Positions 1 to 13,200 of a stretch of DNA of 64,000 nt are shown here, one piece after another (positions within the stretch are counted from its first letter, which is position 1; every line of letters begins with the position of its first letter). Made by a program: the position numbers and the translations under genes. The stretch is from Lytechinus pictus (taxonomy: Eukaryota). Where the stretch lies: positions 17,920,001 through 17,984,000 of the forward strand of contig NC_087245.1 in assembly GCF_037042905.1 (NCBI RefSeq), written 5' to 3'. Under the pieces are notes generated by a model. It saw nothing but the letters and a program-made list of their open reading frames with translations, was not told where the DNA came from and did not search any database.

Positions 1-734
1 TTATTCAGTTGTTAGGTAAAATGTGAAAGGGTATCATCTTTTTTTGTTGTATTTGCCTAAATCTTAAAAAAAAGAATCTTAAAAGCGGATAATCGTTGAT
101 CGGAATTGATGTAAAAAATTGAATCTGCGCTATTACATGCAAATAATTATGCTGATCTGGGAACTAGAAACAAAAGGTGTACTTGTTACAGCACCTATTA
201 AATTTCGAAAAATACAGAGATTATTCATTTTCAAAGAGTGAATGAATTGTCGGGTAAAATGAAAGAAGGTGTAAAAAAAATGATAACAAATAGTGACAGA
301 TGCGCTCTAAAGTCTGATACAATGAGATATTTGCAATCAAAATATGGCATTAAAATACCTGGTCCCTGACATTTTTTTGTTTCCTGTATAAGACAACTAA
401 AATAATAAAATCGGGTGAAAATTTCAGGACTCAATCGTTGTTTATGCCTTAATCTTTCTGATAATTTTTCTTCCAAACTTTAAGATTGGAGATCGAAGGG
501 CCTTAATTGAAAAACAAAATCAAATCAATAACAAGAGGGTATATGACTAAATCTAATAACAGAAAAAAATCAATCACCTTTCGTATGACCAAGAAACCTT
601 GTCACATTTCATTTACCGTGATACAATGGTAACTGAAATGTGATATGTTCTTTCGTGGTCACTACAATTTTGTATCATTGGAAATTTAGTGCTATATAAT
701 TCACATAATGGAAGGTTGAATCGTTAGACATGGC

Positions 735-1265
735 TTAAAGGGATGGTCCATGCTGAACGTATTTATAGCTTAATAAATAGAGTAGAATTCACTGAGCAAA
801 ATGCCGAAAATTTCATCAAAATCGGATAACAAATAACAAAGTTATTGACTTTTTAAGTTTAGCAATATTTTGTGAAAACAGTCGTCATGAATATTCATTA
901 GGTGGGCTGATGATGTCACATCCCCACTTGTTCTTTTGTATCTTATTATATGAAATTAGGTTTATTCAATTTTTTTCCTCCAAGAACTAGAAAAATTGGA
1001 TTGACAACTGATTTAGTGCATTATATATTTATTGCTGCAACTTATTTCATTATAAGAGAGACAAATTATTCGCACAAGTATGAAATTATGAAGAAAATAT
1101 GATTTTATGTAATAACATAAGAAAACGGAAAGTGGAGATGTGACATCATCAGCCCACCTAATGAATATTTATGACGACTGTTTTCACAAAATATTGCTAA
1201 ACTTTAAACTTTATTATTTGTTATCCGATTTTGATGAAATTTTCGGCATTTTGCTCAGTGAACTC
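735..1265. mobile_element. TTAA-type MITE (Kolobok/T2-like), family A, right end truncated
   Basis: Starts TTAAAGGGATGGTCC; near-identical to 57711-58298; long internal inverted arms (GGGCTGATGATGTCACATC / GATGTGACATCATCAGCCC). Confidence 0.85.
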
Positions 1266-2507
1266 ATAACCTACTTTCTACTATGTGATACACAAATGCA
1301 TTCGAGTGTAGAATTCTATGGTATTCTCAGAGTTAATCAGACGTCGATCGCGACAACACGTGACCTCTTTTATGCAATTAATCTTATGTGAATTTATATG
1401 CTTACATGGATTTGTTATTTTATGGACTCAGATTCTCAACAGGATTTGAAATCCTCCTTTCAAACATTAACAAAATAAAGTCGCCTTTTGCAGAATTTCC
1501 CTGGCTCAAACTAAAATAAGCATAAGTTCCATTTCGCCTCGCTGAATATATCTTAACTCTTATTATGCTTAATAAATTATTTACTTTTGAAACAGAAAGT
1601 GGTAAACTTCTGATTAAGACCTAGCAAATTACTATTTTTTAAGCAAAAACTTAGACAACTTAATTATTGTGGTAGTGATGATACTTACGATGTAACTTCG
1701 GATGATTGTGATGATTGATAACAATGTATACGACAAAATGACAAAAATAGTCAAGGGTTTCGGGTGAACAAAATGACCACATCCCTTGCTTTTACTCAGC
1801 AATTCGTACGACGTTTAAACATCGTGGATATGATATTAGGTCTCTGTCTACGATCTTAATGTTAATAATTTCTACAAAAAATGAAAAACCCTGTTCAAAA
1901 TCATCGCCCTTTCCAATATCTTCTAAAGCATTACCATATACTGGTAAGCAAGGGAGCTCAGTCAGTTTCTGACAATGGGTGATGTTGTTAATCCTGAATA
2001 CTTGGCTACATCTTATTTGTCAGAACTTTCAGAGTAATACGGTAAAACCAACATGTCTATTATTCCACCCAATGATTAAACACTGTGTTGTTTAATCGAC
2101 ACTTCCCCTATGGACACATTCCTTTCTTAATCTCGAGACAAATAGAAACACTGAATGTATCCCCTTTTTTTCTTGAAAGTTGCTGTTTTTGGCATTTTAG
2201 AAACAAGATCTCAAATCAGACAAGGGAGACATGGGAGAAGAATGGACGAGTCTTGGATTGTTATGTTTCATCTTATGCGGTTATGTGCATCAACTTTTGT
2301 AAATCTCCTTCAGAAGATAGAGAACTCTCTTGTACATTGTGTTTTGCAAAAACAACCCATTATCATCATCACCATAATCATATCGTCATTTAGGTTTTAA
2401 AAGCGTAAAAGACAATGAGTAATAGTAAAGTAAAGTAAATAATAAAGTAATAGTAATGGCTCTTGTGTGTGTTTATATAATTATATATATATATATATAT
2501 ATACAGT

Positions 2508-3090
2508 ATATATATATTAAACAGATATTGCCTACCTAGAGTTTGAATATAACATTTCCTCTCCCCGACGGAGTCATATTTTTCCCAAGGGATGATATTT
2601 TGCCCGAAGCGCGCAGCGCTGAGGGAAAATATTATCCCGAGGGAAAAATATAGCTTCGTAGGGGAGTTGAAATGTTATTTATTAAAACGATAGACCAGGC
2701 AATATCTGTTATATTATATAGTCTATGTGGATTCGCCATCAGAAATTGCATTCATCATCTGGCTTAGACCCGAAATTCTTGCTACAGCTCTGATCCATCT
2801 ACGTCATAATATTTTTTTTTTAATAAATACATCAAGCGCGTTCTTCGACGCAATCGACGCGTTAACATTAGCGCGTACATCAAATGAACTACCTTGTTGC
2901 GCAACTTGTATGCAGCGAGTGACGTCACCATAGTGAATATAACGCCGCAATTGACAATACAACGCAGTATATTCCCGGAGGTGACGTCAAAACCTAGAAT
3001 ATAACAAATGCGATCCTCGCAGCTATGGTCACGTGGTGGCGTATTGACCTATCACTGATTCGAATTTACATAACCTATGTAATATATAAA
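2508..3090. mobile_element. Foldback-type interspersed element inserted in a (TA)n run; class uncertain
   Basis: About 210-bp hairpin: AACAGATATTGCCT ... AGGCAATATCTGTT, with inner ATATTTTTCCC / GGGAAAAATAT arms, followed by a CpG-rich tail. Confidence 0.55.
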
Positions 3091-3122
3091 TGTTATATCA
3101 ATAACATGCATACATTCGGTAG

Positions 3123-3270
3123 ATAATAATAATAATAATAATATAGGGTATTTATATTGCGCACATATCCACCTTGTTAGGTGCTCAAGGCGCTCCTATA
3201 TTACCCGGCTAAGCTAGGCGTTCATAGCGCACACAGCTTTTTACCTCACCTGGGGTGAGTGCAGCATAGT
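3123..3270 (-). mobile_element. 3' fragment of a related SINE
   Basis: (TAT)n tail on minus strand; AGCCGGGTAATA and TGCTGCACTCACCCCAGGTGAGGT match the SINE at 33391. Confidence 0.7.
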
Positions 3271-6200
3271 CCACGTGTTGTATCAATAATAACAGTAAAA
3301 ACAAGGTTGACACGTTCATGCTTTATTCCAACATATCCTAGTTTATTATATGCACAAATTTTCGACGATATCCTCATCGTCTTTCTCGAGTGAATGACGA
3401 TGTGAATATCGTCGAAAATTTGTGCATCTAATAAACTAGGATATGTTGGAATATAAAGCTTAAACGTTTCCATCTTGTTTTTAATATGTGCCCGTGTAGA
3501 TGCTGTGAAATAAATGGGGTGTGAGAACAATAAACCTACACACACAGAATTACTTGTTCATTTCCGTGATGTCAAATCTGACTGGGAATTGTGTGTGGTA
3601 CAGCTGACAATCGACTCAATCATCTCATTTTGAAAGAAGATAACAAGGAAATGTAGAAATTTTGACTTGTAAAGGAGATGAATTCTAAGCAGGTGAAACC
3701 ATTCTATTTTTACTCCGCAGAAATAGGATTGTATCATGCCTATCCAAACAGAATGATGTCAGAGCAAATATGTCATCCCAGTTTATAAGTACGCTAAACC
3801 TTCAAGGGGTGTGTCACTCATTTCAAGTGATCTTTATTGTTTGTCTCTTACAATCATGACATCAGTGTAGATCTATATTTTCTATATCTTCATGCTGGGC
3901 TCTGTAGTAATTGAATTTTATACCCCTGATCACTAATCTGCACAAGCTGGGACTGGATGTAGATATAGTCACGAATAATGTTAGTACAAGGAGTAACTCC
4001 TTGGTACTACGATAAACATGGTAACTATATGATGCAAATTATCTGACTAAAATGACATTACTTGAGAGAGCGTGGAGGGAGGAAACTGATAGAGAGAATA
4101 ATGTTGATGAATCATAGCTCCCGTATACCACTCTAGGTCCATGGTCAAACAGTGGATTAGTGTATTGTATTGTTTACTTTAATTTTTAGCAGTCAGGTGA
4201 TAGCAGCTGCAAAGCGTTGAAAGGTCGAACCATTTCACTGTTTATATGATGTAGCAAAAACAACAACAACAACAACGATCAAACTTGAATGGCAGTATAA
4301 ATCCCCAGAACTTTAAAAACTCATGATAATAAGGAGTTGTCGCTCAAACATACGGAGGATTCAAGAACATAGAAAATGTATTGTCAAATGCCCTTCATGT
4401 CAAAGAACCAAGTAGTCTTTGTCGAAAATTGGTGAACTAAAACAGTAGTTTCATCGTGGATTTTTCATGGACAAAACTGCTGTTCCCGTTCAAAAAGACC
4501 ACCCAGCTGTTCTTTGTCATTTGACAGACATGTTCAATAGATTTACTGCGTCGCAAAACTCACTCCCATCGATCAACGCACAAGGACCAGAGGACTTGAG
4601 CAGCAGGATGCACTTTGGTTTGACAGACCTCCCTCGTAATCCTCTCAAAACATACAAGGAAAGGATGAACGATCCATCCAGTTCATGGAGATCCGATCCA
4701 GAGTACGGTTCAATACTTCCTGCTTTCTCCGCCAATCGATCTTGTACAACAGGACAGAGAGAGAGAGAAACTACTATTTAATTCAACGATCTTCTGATCG
4801 TATCCCGTCAGAAACCTCGCTATCGCACACAAGAGCAGACAAAACATTTGAAATCTTGTTAGTGTTCATTTTGAGCTGATTCTGAATAGCGGGCGGAGAA
4901 AAAGAACTCGCATAAAAGCAGACGGTCTCTGCTCTTCTACATGGTCCATTCATAAAATACCTGTAATTCAATCGCGATGGGCTGCAAACATTGACGTGGA
5001 GCATTGGCCATTTCTTGACTTTGAAGAAGTGCAATCTTACCAAAGCTATCATGGTGGCATGGGTGTGACGCCAGGACTTTTTAGACTTCATCCTATATTT
5101 TGAAAGAACCCAGCATATAAAACTACGAAGTTGTTCTTCAATCACCACGTATTAGTCACGTACCCTAATCAAAATAAGATCATGATTTTGAAACTGCAGT
5201 TGGAGTAGAGATTTGACAGCTCAATGAGTAAGTAACGTCTATATATAAAATTACATCGATAATAATTATGTAGTTTAAATGCTTCCTGACTCAGAATTTG
5301 TACCATGAAATTACCAAGTAACCATTATTACTTATATATTCAACATTTTGTTCCCAGGTTTCTTTTTTGAATATCTTGTCAGTTTCGGTAACATTGAATT
5401 CATGGTCTTGAGCTACTAGTGTTGCATCTTTTCTTTTGTTGTGCATGCACACGTTTGAATAATAAAGATATATTCAAAACAAATTTAACTTGGTCCATTA
5501 CCATACTTTTTTTTATAAATAATTTTGCATTTTTAGCATCGTGTTTGAATTCCAAATTAGTTCAATTGACAAACAATTGATTTCTGATCATCAGTTTCAG
5601 TTACCAGGAACGACTATAAAACTCTATAGTTAAATATCTAACAATTTTTTACATTTAACTAAAGGTAAGTTGGGTGGGGGATTAATCATTTTGTTCTTCA
5701 GCGGGCCGGTTAGCAAGCATTTCCTACTTTAGCATTGCATGCCATTATATTTATGAATGCATTTTGATCATAACTTGCAAGATCTAAATGTCTATGCTCT
5801 GCCCAACAACTACTCAACCTGAACTTGCCACAAACTTCGTCCAGCTCTGCTCGTTTAACGTTCCCTATTATAGTGCATGCAGGGTCTATATCGCAGTTCA
5901 GGACTCTACAGTGGTGTTGACATTTGTACTTTGCGCGGAGCATTCAGTGTTTTAATTCGTATTTTTCAATGCAGGGATGAGCCTTGTGAAGGGTTCTAAC
6001 TATGGGACCCTAATCGTTTTATTAAACAGTTTTCCCTTTTCACTAGCTCTCTCTCCTCTTTTCAACCTGGATGCTAATCCTATACTTCGTTGAAAATCCT
6101 TCTTGTTTTTTCTTGATACATCCCCTGTCACAAGGACGTGCATTTCATTTGAAAAAAAATATTTAAACTTGAAGAATTTTTAATTTTAGTGTGTGTATGA

Positions 6201-8667
6201 TCTTCTAAAGAAAATACGAAGTCTTTCACGTTGCTTCCAGTCATTTTGCTTTTTTGTCATTTCTTTGTCTTAAAATCACGCAAAGCAGCTTTCGCCCCTC
6301 CTTAAACACACATGCTAAAACGAACAAACTAACCATTAATCCCATTGGCATGTTTTAAAAACCATTGCATTTTATTTTTCAACTTCATGATTTTCAATGG
6401 ATTTCCTTTAATACTTCGTCGATATGACTTATCCAATCGTCAAATTTATTACAAACTTAATCATTAATCTGAATACTATCGTTTCCAAGCTCTCTTGCCT
6501 CACTCGTTCGCAAAATCCCCAAACTCTGCACTATATTGAAAAATGTACCCTCAATTTTTTGCCTCCTCACGCAAATGCAATTATTATTCAACTTTGTATA
6601 GCAGCATTAACATAGTTTAGAGTATATTGATAACCGATTGTATGCCTCGGGCCAATAGTCATATCCAACTTCTGTATATTCCAAGGTAATACTCCGAATA
6701 TCATTAGTTTCTTTTTATTAACCATGGGCATTTATTATATTCATAATTGAACATTCAAAATCACATTACATGCTTACATATTTCTTTTTCAAACAAAATA
6801 TTCCATATTAAATTCTGGCCAATCTTTTCCGGTTTTATTTCTTTTAAGCATATATTTGTAAATGCACCAAAAAGCAAAAGGCATCAATATACAATAGCTA
6901 TTGATAATATTAAAGTAAAAGTGAAAATTATATTTATTCATTTAATACACTGCAAAGAAAGCATAAATTATTGTCAGTAAATCGTACTTGCAAGAGGACC
7001 AACGGCTTTTAGTATCACTCAGTTGGTTGAGGTATGATCATTTATGCTGTGCAAGGGAGCAGTATGTGATATGGAACTCGAGACTTACGAACATACTATT
7101 TTACCACCAAACATGTGATAGCATATTAAGCCTGTAAAGGTTTGGTTACATGAATCCTATTGGAATCGTCTAACATTTCAATCTTCCAAAAGACATATCA
7201 ATAAAATTATAAACAGGGAGAGAGGCAAACACTTTTTGAGGGAATGTCAAAATTTAAGACTAAGAGGGGCTTTAAAAGAAGCTTTTTTTTTCTTTATTGG
7301 ATAAACCTTATTTAACCATGCGTCTACCTGTAAGTTGCATTCGGAATATATTTAAGTGTGTCTTGTTTGGATACTATGGTATATCAAAGTGTATTATAAT
7401 TTTATATCAACTTTACACTACTTGGTTATATCTTCTCCACGTCAATGATATGCATTCACAAAGACGGGTGGAATTATACACTCTAGAAAGTTGTGTTATG
7501 AACAACTAAAGTTTGAGTACAATGGATACAAAATCACTATATTTTATTAAGTCTTTACAGTCGTTGATGAAATCATTCAAGTAAAATAAAATGAATAGAA
7601 ATTCGTCAAACATATCAAAATATGTTAAAACCTGATTTGCAAGAGTATTAGGGATAAGGGATCGAAGGTTTTTGTTATGTAACTTTGACTACAACCCTGC
7701 ATTTAGGAGCAGTGATGCAGTTTCAATACCTCCTTAAATCTTACTCAAGTGTAGAAGTATCCTATTACGTTTGACTTTTATCCTATCATTCTCCCATATC
7801 TGGATTTTTTTCAACAGGGGTTGCTGGTTTTGGAGAAAAAATTGACAAGCAAAATAAAAAGGGTTTCACTACAAAAAGAAGGTGGTTTTGGTTAAATGTC
7901 TACTTTTTTGCATATCTACTTGATTTCCAGTGGGTGCTACCTATGGTTAATAACAAGCATTATTACCCCCAGGTAAATCTTGGAGGGGGTGTTTCAGGCC
8001 TTCAGCACCCCCCTCTCCCCAAAAATGTTATGACGTGAATGTATTTTAGGTTTATTTGAAATGTCGGTCTCGTAAAAAAAACAGTAGCATTTCATTCAAT
8101 TGGAATGGCGGATCGGGTATCACATTCCTCGTCTCCGATTGAAAAAAAAAAAAACCTACCCTTTTCTGTAGCCAAATATATGATTGTCACAACTCATTTG
8201 GTATCTGAAGCGTCTCTGAAGCGCTTCTGATAGAATGTATTTGCTCATACTTGAGCCAACGTGACACGATGGTGAGGCAGGTCCGAAGTTCGCCCCATTT
8301 GTCAACAAAAACACGGACTATTGGCATACCTTATACCAGACATCACCCATTCATGTGAACAATTTCGAATGTTCAGTTTAGTTCAAACAAACATTATTTA
8401 ATTTCCTTCAATTCAAATATAGGGCTAAAGGAGAGATACCAAGAGATTTCTCGGTATTCAGACTGCATGCAATCTCCATATTCAATTGCATTCGATTGAA
8501 ATAAACATTTATTTTCTTCCATTTAACAAATTTCTAAACTTTTAATACATGAATTCATACAAGTATTAGTTTGTCGTGAAGAATAAAAATATGTGCATGT
8601 TATGTTTAAAGAAGAAGGCGTAAGACCCTGAAAGCAAACTCTTTAGTCGGGATACACCTGAAATGTG

Positions 8668-8745
8668 TTCCCACACCAGGAACCGAACCAGGGCTACGGC
8701 ACGGCAGTGAGAGCGCCGGATCCTTACCACGAGGCCATAATAAGA
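8668..8745 (-). pseudogene. tRNA-Glu(CTC) pseudogene
   Basis: Minus strand reads ...TGGCCTCGTGGTAAGGATCCGGCGCTCTCACTGCCGTGCCGTAGCCCTGGTTCGGTTCCTGGTGTGGGAA, close to eukaryotic tRNA-Glu(CTC). It has a 5-bp duplication (TGCCG x2), a broken acceptor stem and a mutated T-loop. Confidence 0.75.
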
Positions 8746-8973
8746 TTGTATTCCCAATATTTTGGCTGCACTTTCAATATCCAGCTAGCATCAAAATAAA
8801 TCCAAAATATTCTCACTAAATTCTAAATATTTGGACTAATTAAGAGCAGCATTTGAAACACTTGAAACACTAATCAGGTTCAAGGTAGAATCGTATTACA
8901 ACTTGATATCAATCAATACCAAATACATTGTCTAATTTATTGCAATAATTAGACATGCCTAGCTACCTGTTAT

Positions 8974-10265
8974 CAGTGGCGTAACTACGGGGGGGCACGT
9001 GCCCCCCCCCCCCCCATCGGCTGGCCAAAAAAACGGGAGAAAAGAAGAAAATAAAAGAGAAACGTAGTGGGGTAAGAAGAAATTATTGGATCTTATATTA
9101 TGTTATATATATCATATTGTATTACATCATAATTTTTGTTCATAACTTTATGAAACATTATTGCTGAGGGCCTATGTGTTCATCATTCCTGGTGTTTGCA
9201 TTGTCTGTTCAAGGAGATATATAATCATGTTGTACTACAAAACATCCCGTTTTCAAGTCAATATACACCAAATATATATCCTCGCACTTCGAGTTATTAT
9301 TGATTTTTGTCGTGACATATGCTTCTTTTTCATGACTACTAAAAGTGATTGCCTCCTTTAAGGTCTGAATATAAAACATTTCCAGTCCGCTTACTTTCGC
9401 ATAAGTGGATTGGTGAGATATGCCCCTTTTTCTGGTCTGAATATCAAATTTTCAGCTCGCGCTTCGCGCTCCATCATTTGGTTAATGAAATATGTATGGT
9501 CTTAGTGAATTCTTAAATACAAGCCTTAGAACGCATGCCCTTCTTCAGGTCTGAATTTCAGCTCGCGCTTCGCGCTTGCAATATTCGAATAGTGAGATAC
9601 TTGTAGTGAATTCTTAAAAAAAACAAGCCTTGGAATGCCCCTCTTCAAGTCTAAATTTCAAAAATTTTCAGCTCGCGCTTCGCGCTTGCAATATTTGACT
9701 AGTGAGATAGGTATAGTGAATTCTTAAAAGAAACAAGCCTTAGAATGCCCCTCTTCAGGTCTGAATTTCAATTTTTTTAGCTCGCGCTTCGCGCTCGCAA
9801 TATTTGATTATAGAGATACATATCATCTTCATGATAACAATGAGTTCAAAAAGTGCTTCATGTGTTTCGTTGTAATTCTAACAAAATCAGCACTATGGAG
9901 AGATTATGAAATATGTATTGAATTCATTAATGCCTTTAAAAATAATCCTTAAAATAGCCCTGTTTGGGGTCAATATATACAAAAAAATTAACTTTGCACT
10001 CACATTGTTTCTTTAGTGAGACAGGTATGCATCATGATTACAAAAATTTGCTTATTAGATCCCTTTTTAGGGCTGAATATAAAAAAATCGCGCTTCGCGC
10101 TCGCATCATTTGATCAGTGAGATACATATCCGTTCAATGACACAGTCTTTAAATGTCTCTATTAGGTCAGTATAGCTGGAAATTGAGCGTGCTTCGCGCG
10201 CCCAACTAAGTAACTAAACAATTTTGCTGGTTCCCCCCCATGCCGTGACCCACGGTACGCCACTG
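8974..10265. mobile_element. hAT-like non-autonomous element with 8-bp TSD
   Basis: TIR CAGTGGCGTA / TACGCCACTG; perfect TSD CCTGTTAT (8966-8973, 10266-10273); internal ~106-110 bp repeats containing GCTCGCGCTTCGCGCT. Confidence 0.9.
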
Positions 10266-13200
10266 CCTGTTATGCTAGATTTCCCAAAGCTTGGATGAAT
10301 TATCCTTCGGGTTGGTTCTGTTTTTTTTTTCTTGCGATTCGAATATCAAAATAAATGTGAAGAGGTCTTAAGATAAAAAAAAAGTAAGAGAGTGTGGACA
10401 TCAGGTGGCAATTAGACTCTTTGTTATTGTTTTGGCAACGAGAACCATTAAAAAAGAGTTGCCATTCAAATTTTATCATTTTCTGTATGCATCATCCCCC
10501 TACCCCTGTCATATTTAGCAAAACCATGGATCAGTCCCTGAACATGTCCCAGAATTAGATGGACCGTGCCTAAAACGATCTTCCATTCGTGCGATCATTT
10601 CGTGCGAAGCTGATGAAATCGATCGATTTTCCCTCGTCAATGCAATGAAAAGTCCAAATTGACATGGATCTACATGGATCTTAAATCCACTTGTCAATAT
10701 CTAAAGCCACTATAAGACATAACACTAAGTACTCTTTACAACATTTGACATTGACTTTATATTCATCAAATGCGGGATTACATACTTTTATAATTTCCAT
10801 TTCAATGGCACTGTCAGCAGAGGTTTAATTATTTTTTTTATAAGCGGAATTTTAGGGTTCCAAATGCCTATGCTTTCAATGCAATCTTAATCAGAATGAC
10901 TATAATTAGATGTTTCACCTATAATGTATTCGTCATCACTTTAAAATCACTTTCGGAAGCAAAAATGTACTAAACATGGATGATAATTCATATCTACGTC
11001 TAATTGGTAAATATATCGTGCAAAGGGTTTGGTTGACATTTAGAAGATTTCATGTACAAATATTATTATAACGATTTTTACTACTGACGATCTACAATAT
11101 TTTTGCTGTGTTAGAAATTGCTTCAAATCTGCTCTTAAAAGCATGAAAATTATGTCATATTAAAGTTTGAGTCATTTACTGTACGAGAATGAACGATTTT
11201 CTTACTAGATAGACTTACTAGATATACAATCAAAATATTGTATATTACATAACTTAAAGCAGTTGAATACAGAGTACGTTGAGCCATGTGCTTTTACGTG
11301 AATTAAAACTCTGATCCCTGAAGGTCCAGAAAGAGCATGGCGTCGAACAATATAAAAGTATTCATTCTAAAACTTATAAGGCTACCCGATGAAAGCGTTG
11401 TATTTTGTCAATTGTGCTATCATGCCCATCCCTTCTCTTACCAGGTTCTTCAATAGTTTCACACGAGGCAACATAGCACTATACATGTAGTAGATTCGGT
11501 AAATGAGGGGTGGGATTAAATACTACAATATAAAAACAAGTCTCAAATCATTACATTATTGAAGCCTTTTTATTATAACATTTCCCCTTTAAAATACAGC
11601 CGCCGGTTACGTCTGTTATGATCCAATGGGAAAACACCTTTATTTTGTTTTGAATTTGTGAGATCGATAAAGCTCTTCGGGGGCTCAGAGAGTGTCCATT
11701 ATGATAGACTGGCCAAGGGGGGTCTTAGCTTTAAAACCTCACATAGTGGTCATCACAATATGTTGTATATTGATTATGTTGGCTTTATCATCGCAGACGT
11801 ACTACAAGTTGTTTGACAAAGCTCTGAATAAACGGTATATTGACTGTATATTGACCAGTATCAATCGATTTTTATTTTACAATAGAATAGAGGCTATGCT
11901 TGGCCTGGGGATGCGTCCCTTCTCTTCTGAAAGGGAGCATGACAGATGTGACCATTTTTATGAACATCTTCCAGAAGAGACAGGCATCAGAATAGCCCGA
12001 ATATTTATTTCTTGTTGAGTTCTTACGGCATTTCATTGGAATAAAAAAAGGATACATTCACAGAATAGGAAACAAACCATTTCTTTGGTAAGAATATAAA
12101 CATTATAGTTAGCCCTTGTTTTTTATTTATGCGGTGATTTTATTTTCAAGAGTATGAGAGGTATCATATATTTTGGCATTGCAAGCTTACAATATTACAG
12201 AATCTCAATGCAAGATGTTAGCACCTTGACTGGATATTGAAGAAGACATTGTAGGCAGCTCTTTTTGAACCTTCTGAACATGCTTATGACTGCATGTGAT
12301 GTCATATACCAAATATAAACAAGTTCTGAATAATACTATTAAGTTTTTAATCTTATTTTAAGGAATCATTTCACATTATCGATTATAGGAGGAAAGGGGA
12401 AAGCTAGACAATGACGTCATATTTGACTTGTTGTGTTGTTGAATGAATTTTACTATACGTTTAATTAATAAATTGATTTATATTTTCACCGTTATAGAAA
12501 CATTCCTCTGCGGAATATAGCGACCATGCCACTTCCTCGATACCCGTAACCTTTGTTTGGTAAAGGGCAGTGAAACATATTCACTTTTGTATTTTGCCTC
12601 ATTTAATTTTTTTTCTTTATCAAATCATATTCATTTCAAAATATCTTTCGACTACAATACATAAAATGACATCAATAATAATACAATAAATGTATGATTT
12701 AGATACAGCATAATCGAAATAATGAATAATCTACAGCAAAATTATATTTTCCATCTACTATCAAATGATACAAATTTGATATTTTTCTCATAAATATGAT
12801 GTTTTGCCTCATTGTAGGGCATATTTCACCGTAATCAGATCATAATTTATTAAAGACAATCGAATCGTAATCATTCCTAAGCACAATGCTTTCCTTATCA
12901 TGAAATAATCTCTTGGTATTGAACAATCAATATAAAAACCTGAAACGTCTGTGGTCAATCCCGATATTGTTTTATTCGTATTTGTCGAACATCTTAAACT
13001 TTAACATGACACAGAAAATCTGTGAAATTTGGAAAAAAACGAAGACGATTAAACAACGAATGTCTACTCAGTGATTGTGATAAGAAGATACTATAAATCA
13101 TTTCCCTACTTCTAGCATGGTGTTACTAGCTTCTAACATCCACCGTAGGGGTCTTATTCAAGAACTGTTGATCTTAACATCATTTGACATAATGTCATAT

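Noticed and set aside
900..930. CTGATGA motifs in family A MITE arms as hammerhead cores
   Set aside because: No stem II plus GAAA follows; they are part of the inverted arms.
5710..5943. 77-aa ORF faintly like a LINE endonuclease start (IIGNV..LDE)
   Set aside because: Lacks the ETW and other APE motifs; similarity too weak to call.
9430..9830. Regularly spaced short palindromic repeats that superficially resemble a CRISPR array
   Set aside because: The spacers are similar to each other, the array lies inside a TIR/TSD-bounded element, the context is eukaryotic and there are no cas genes.
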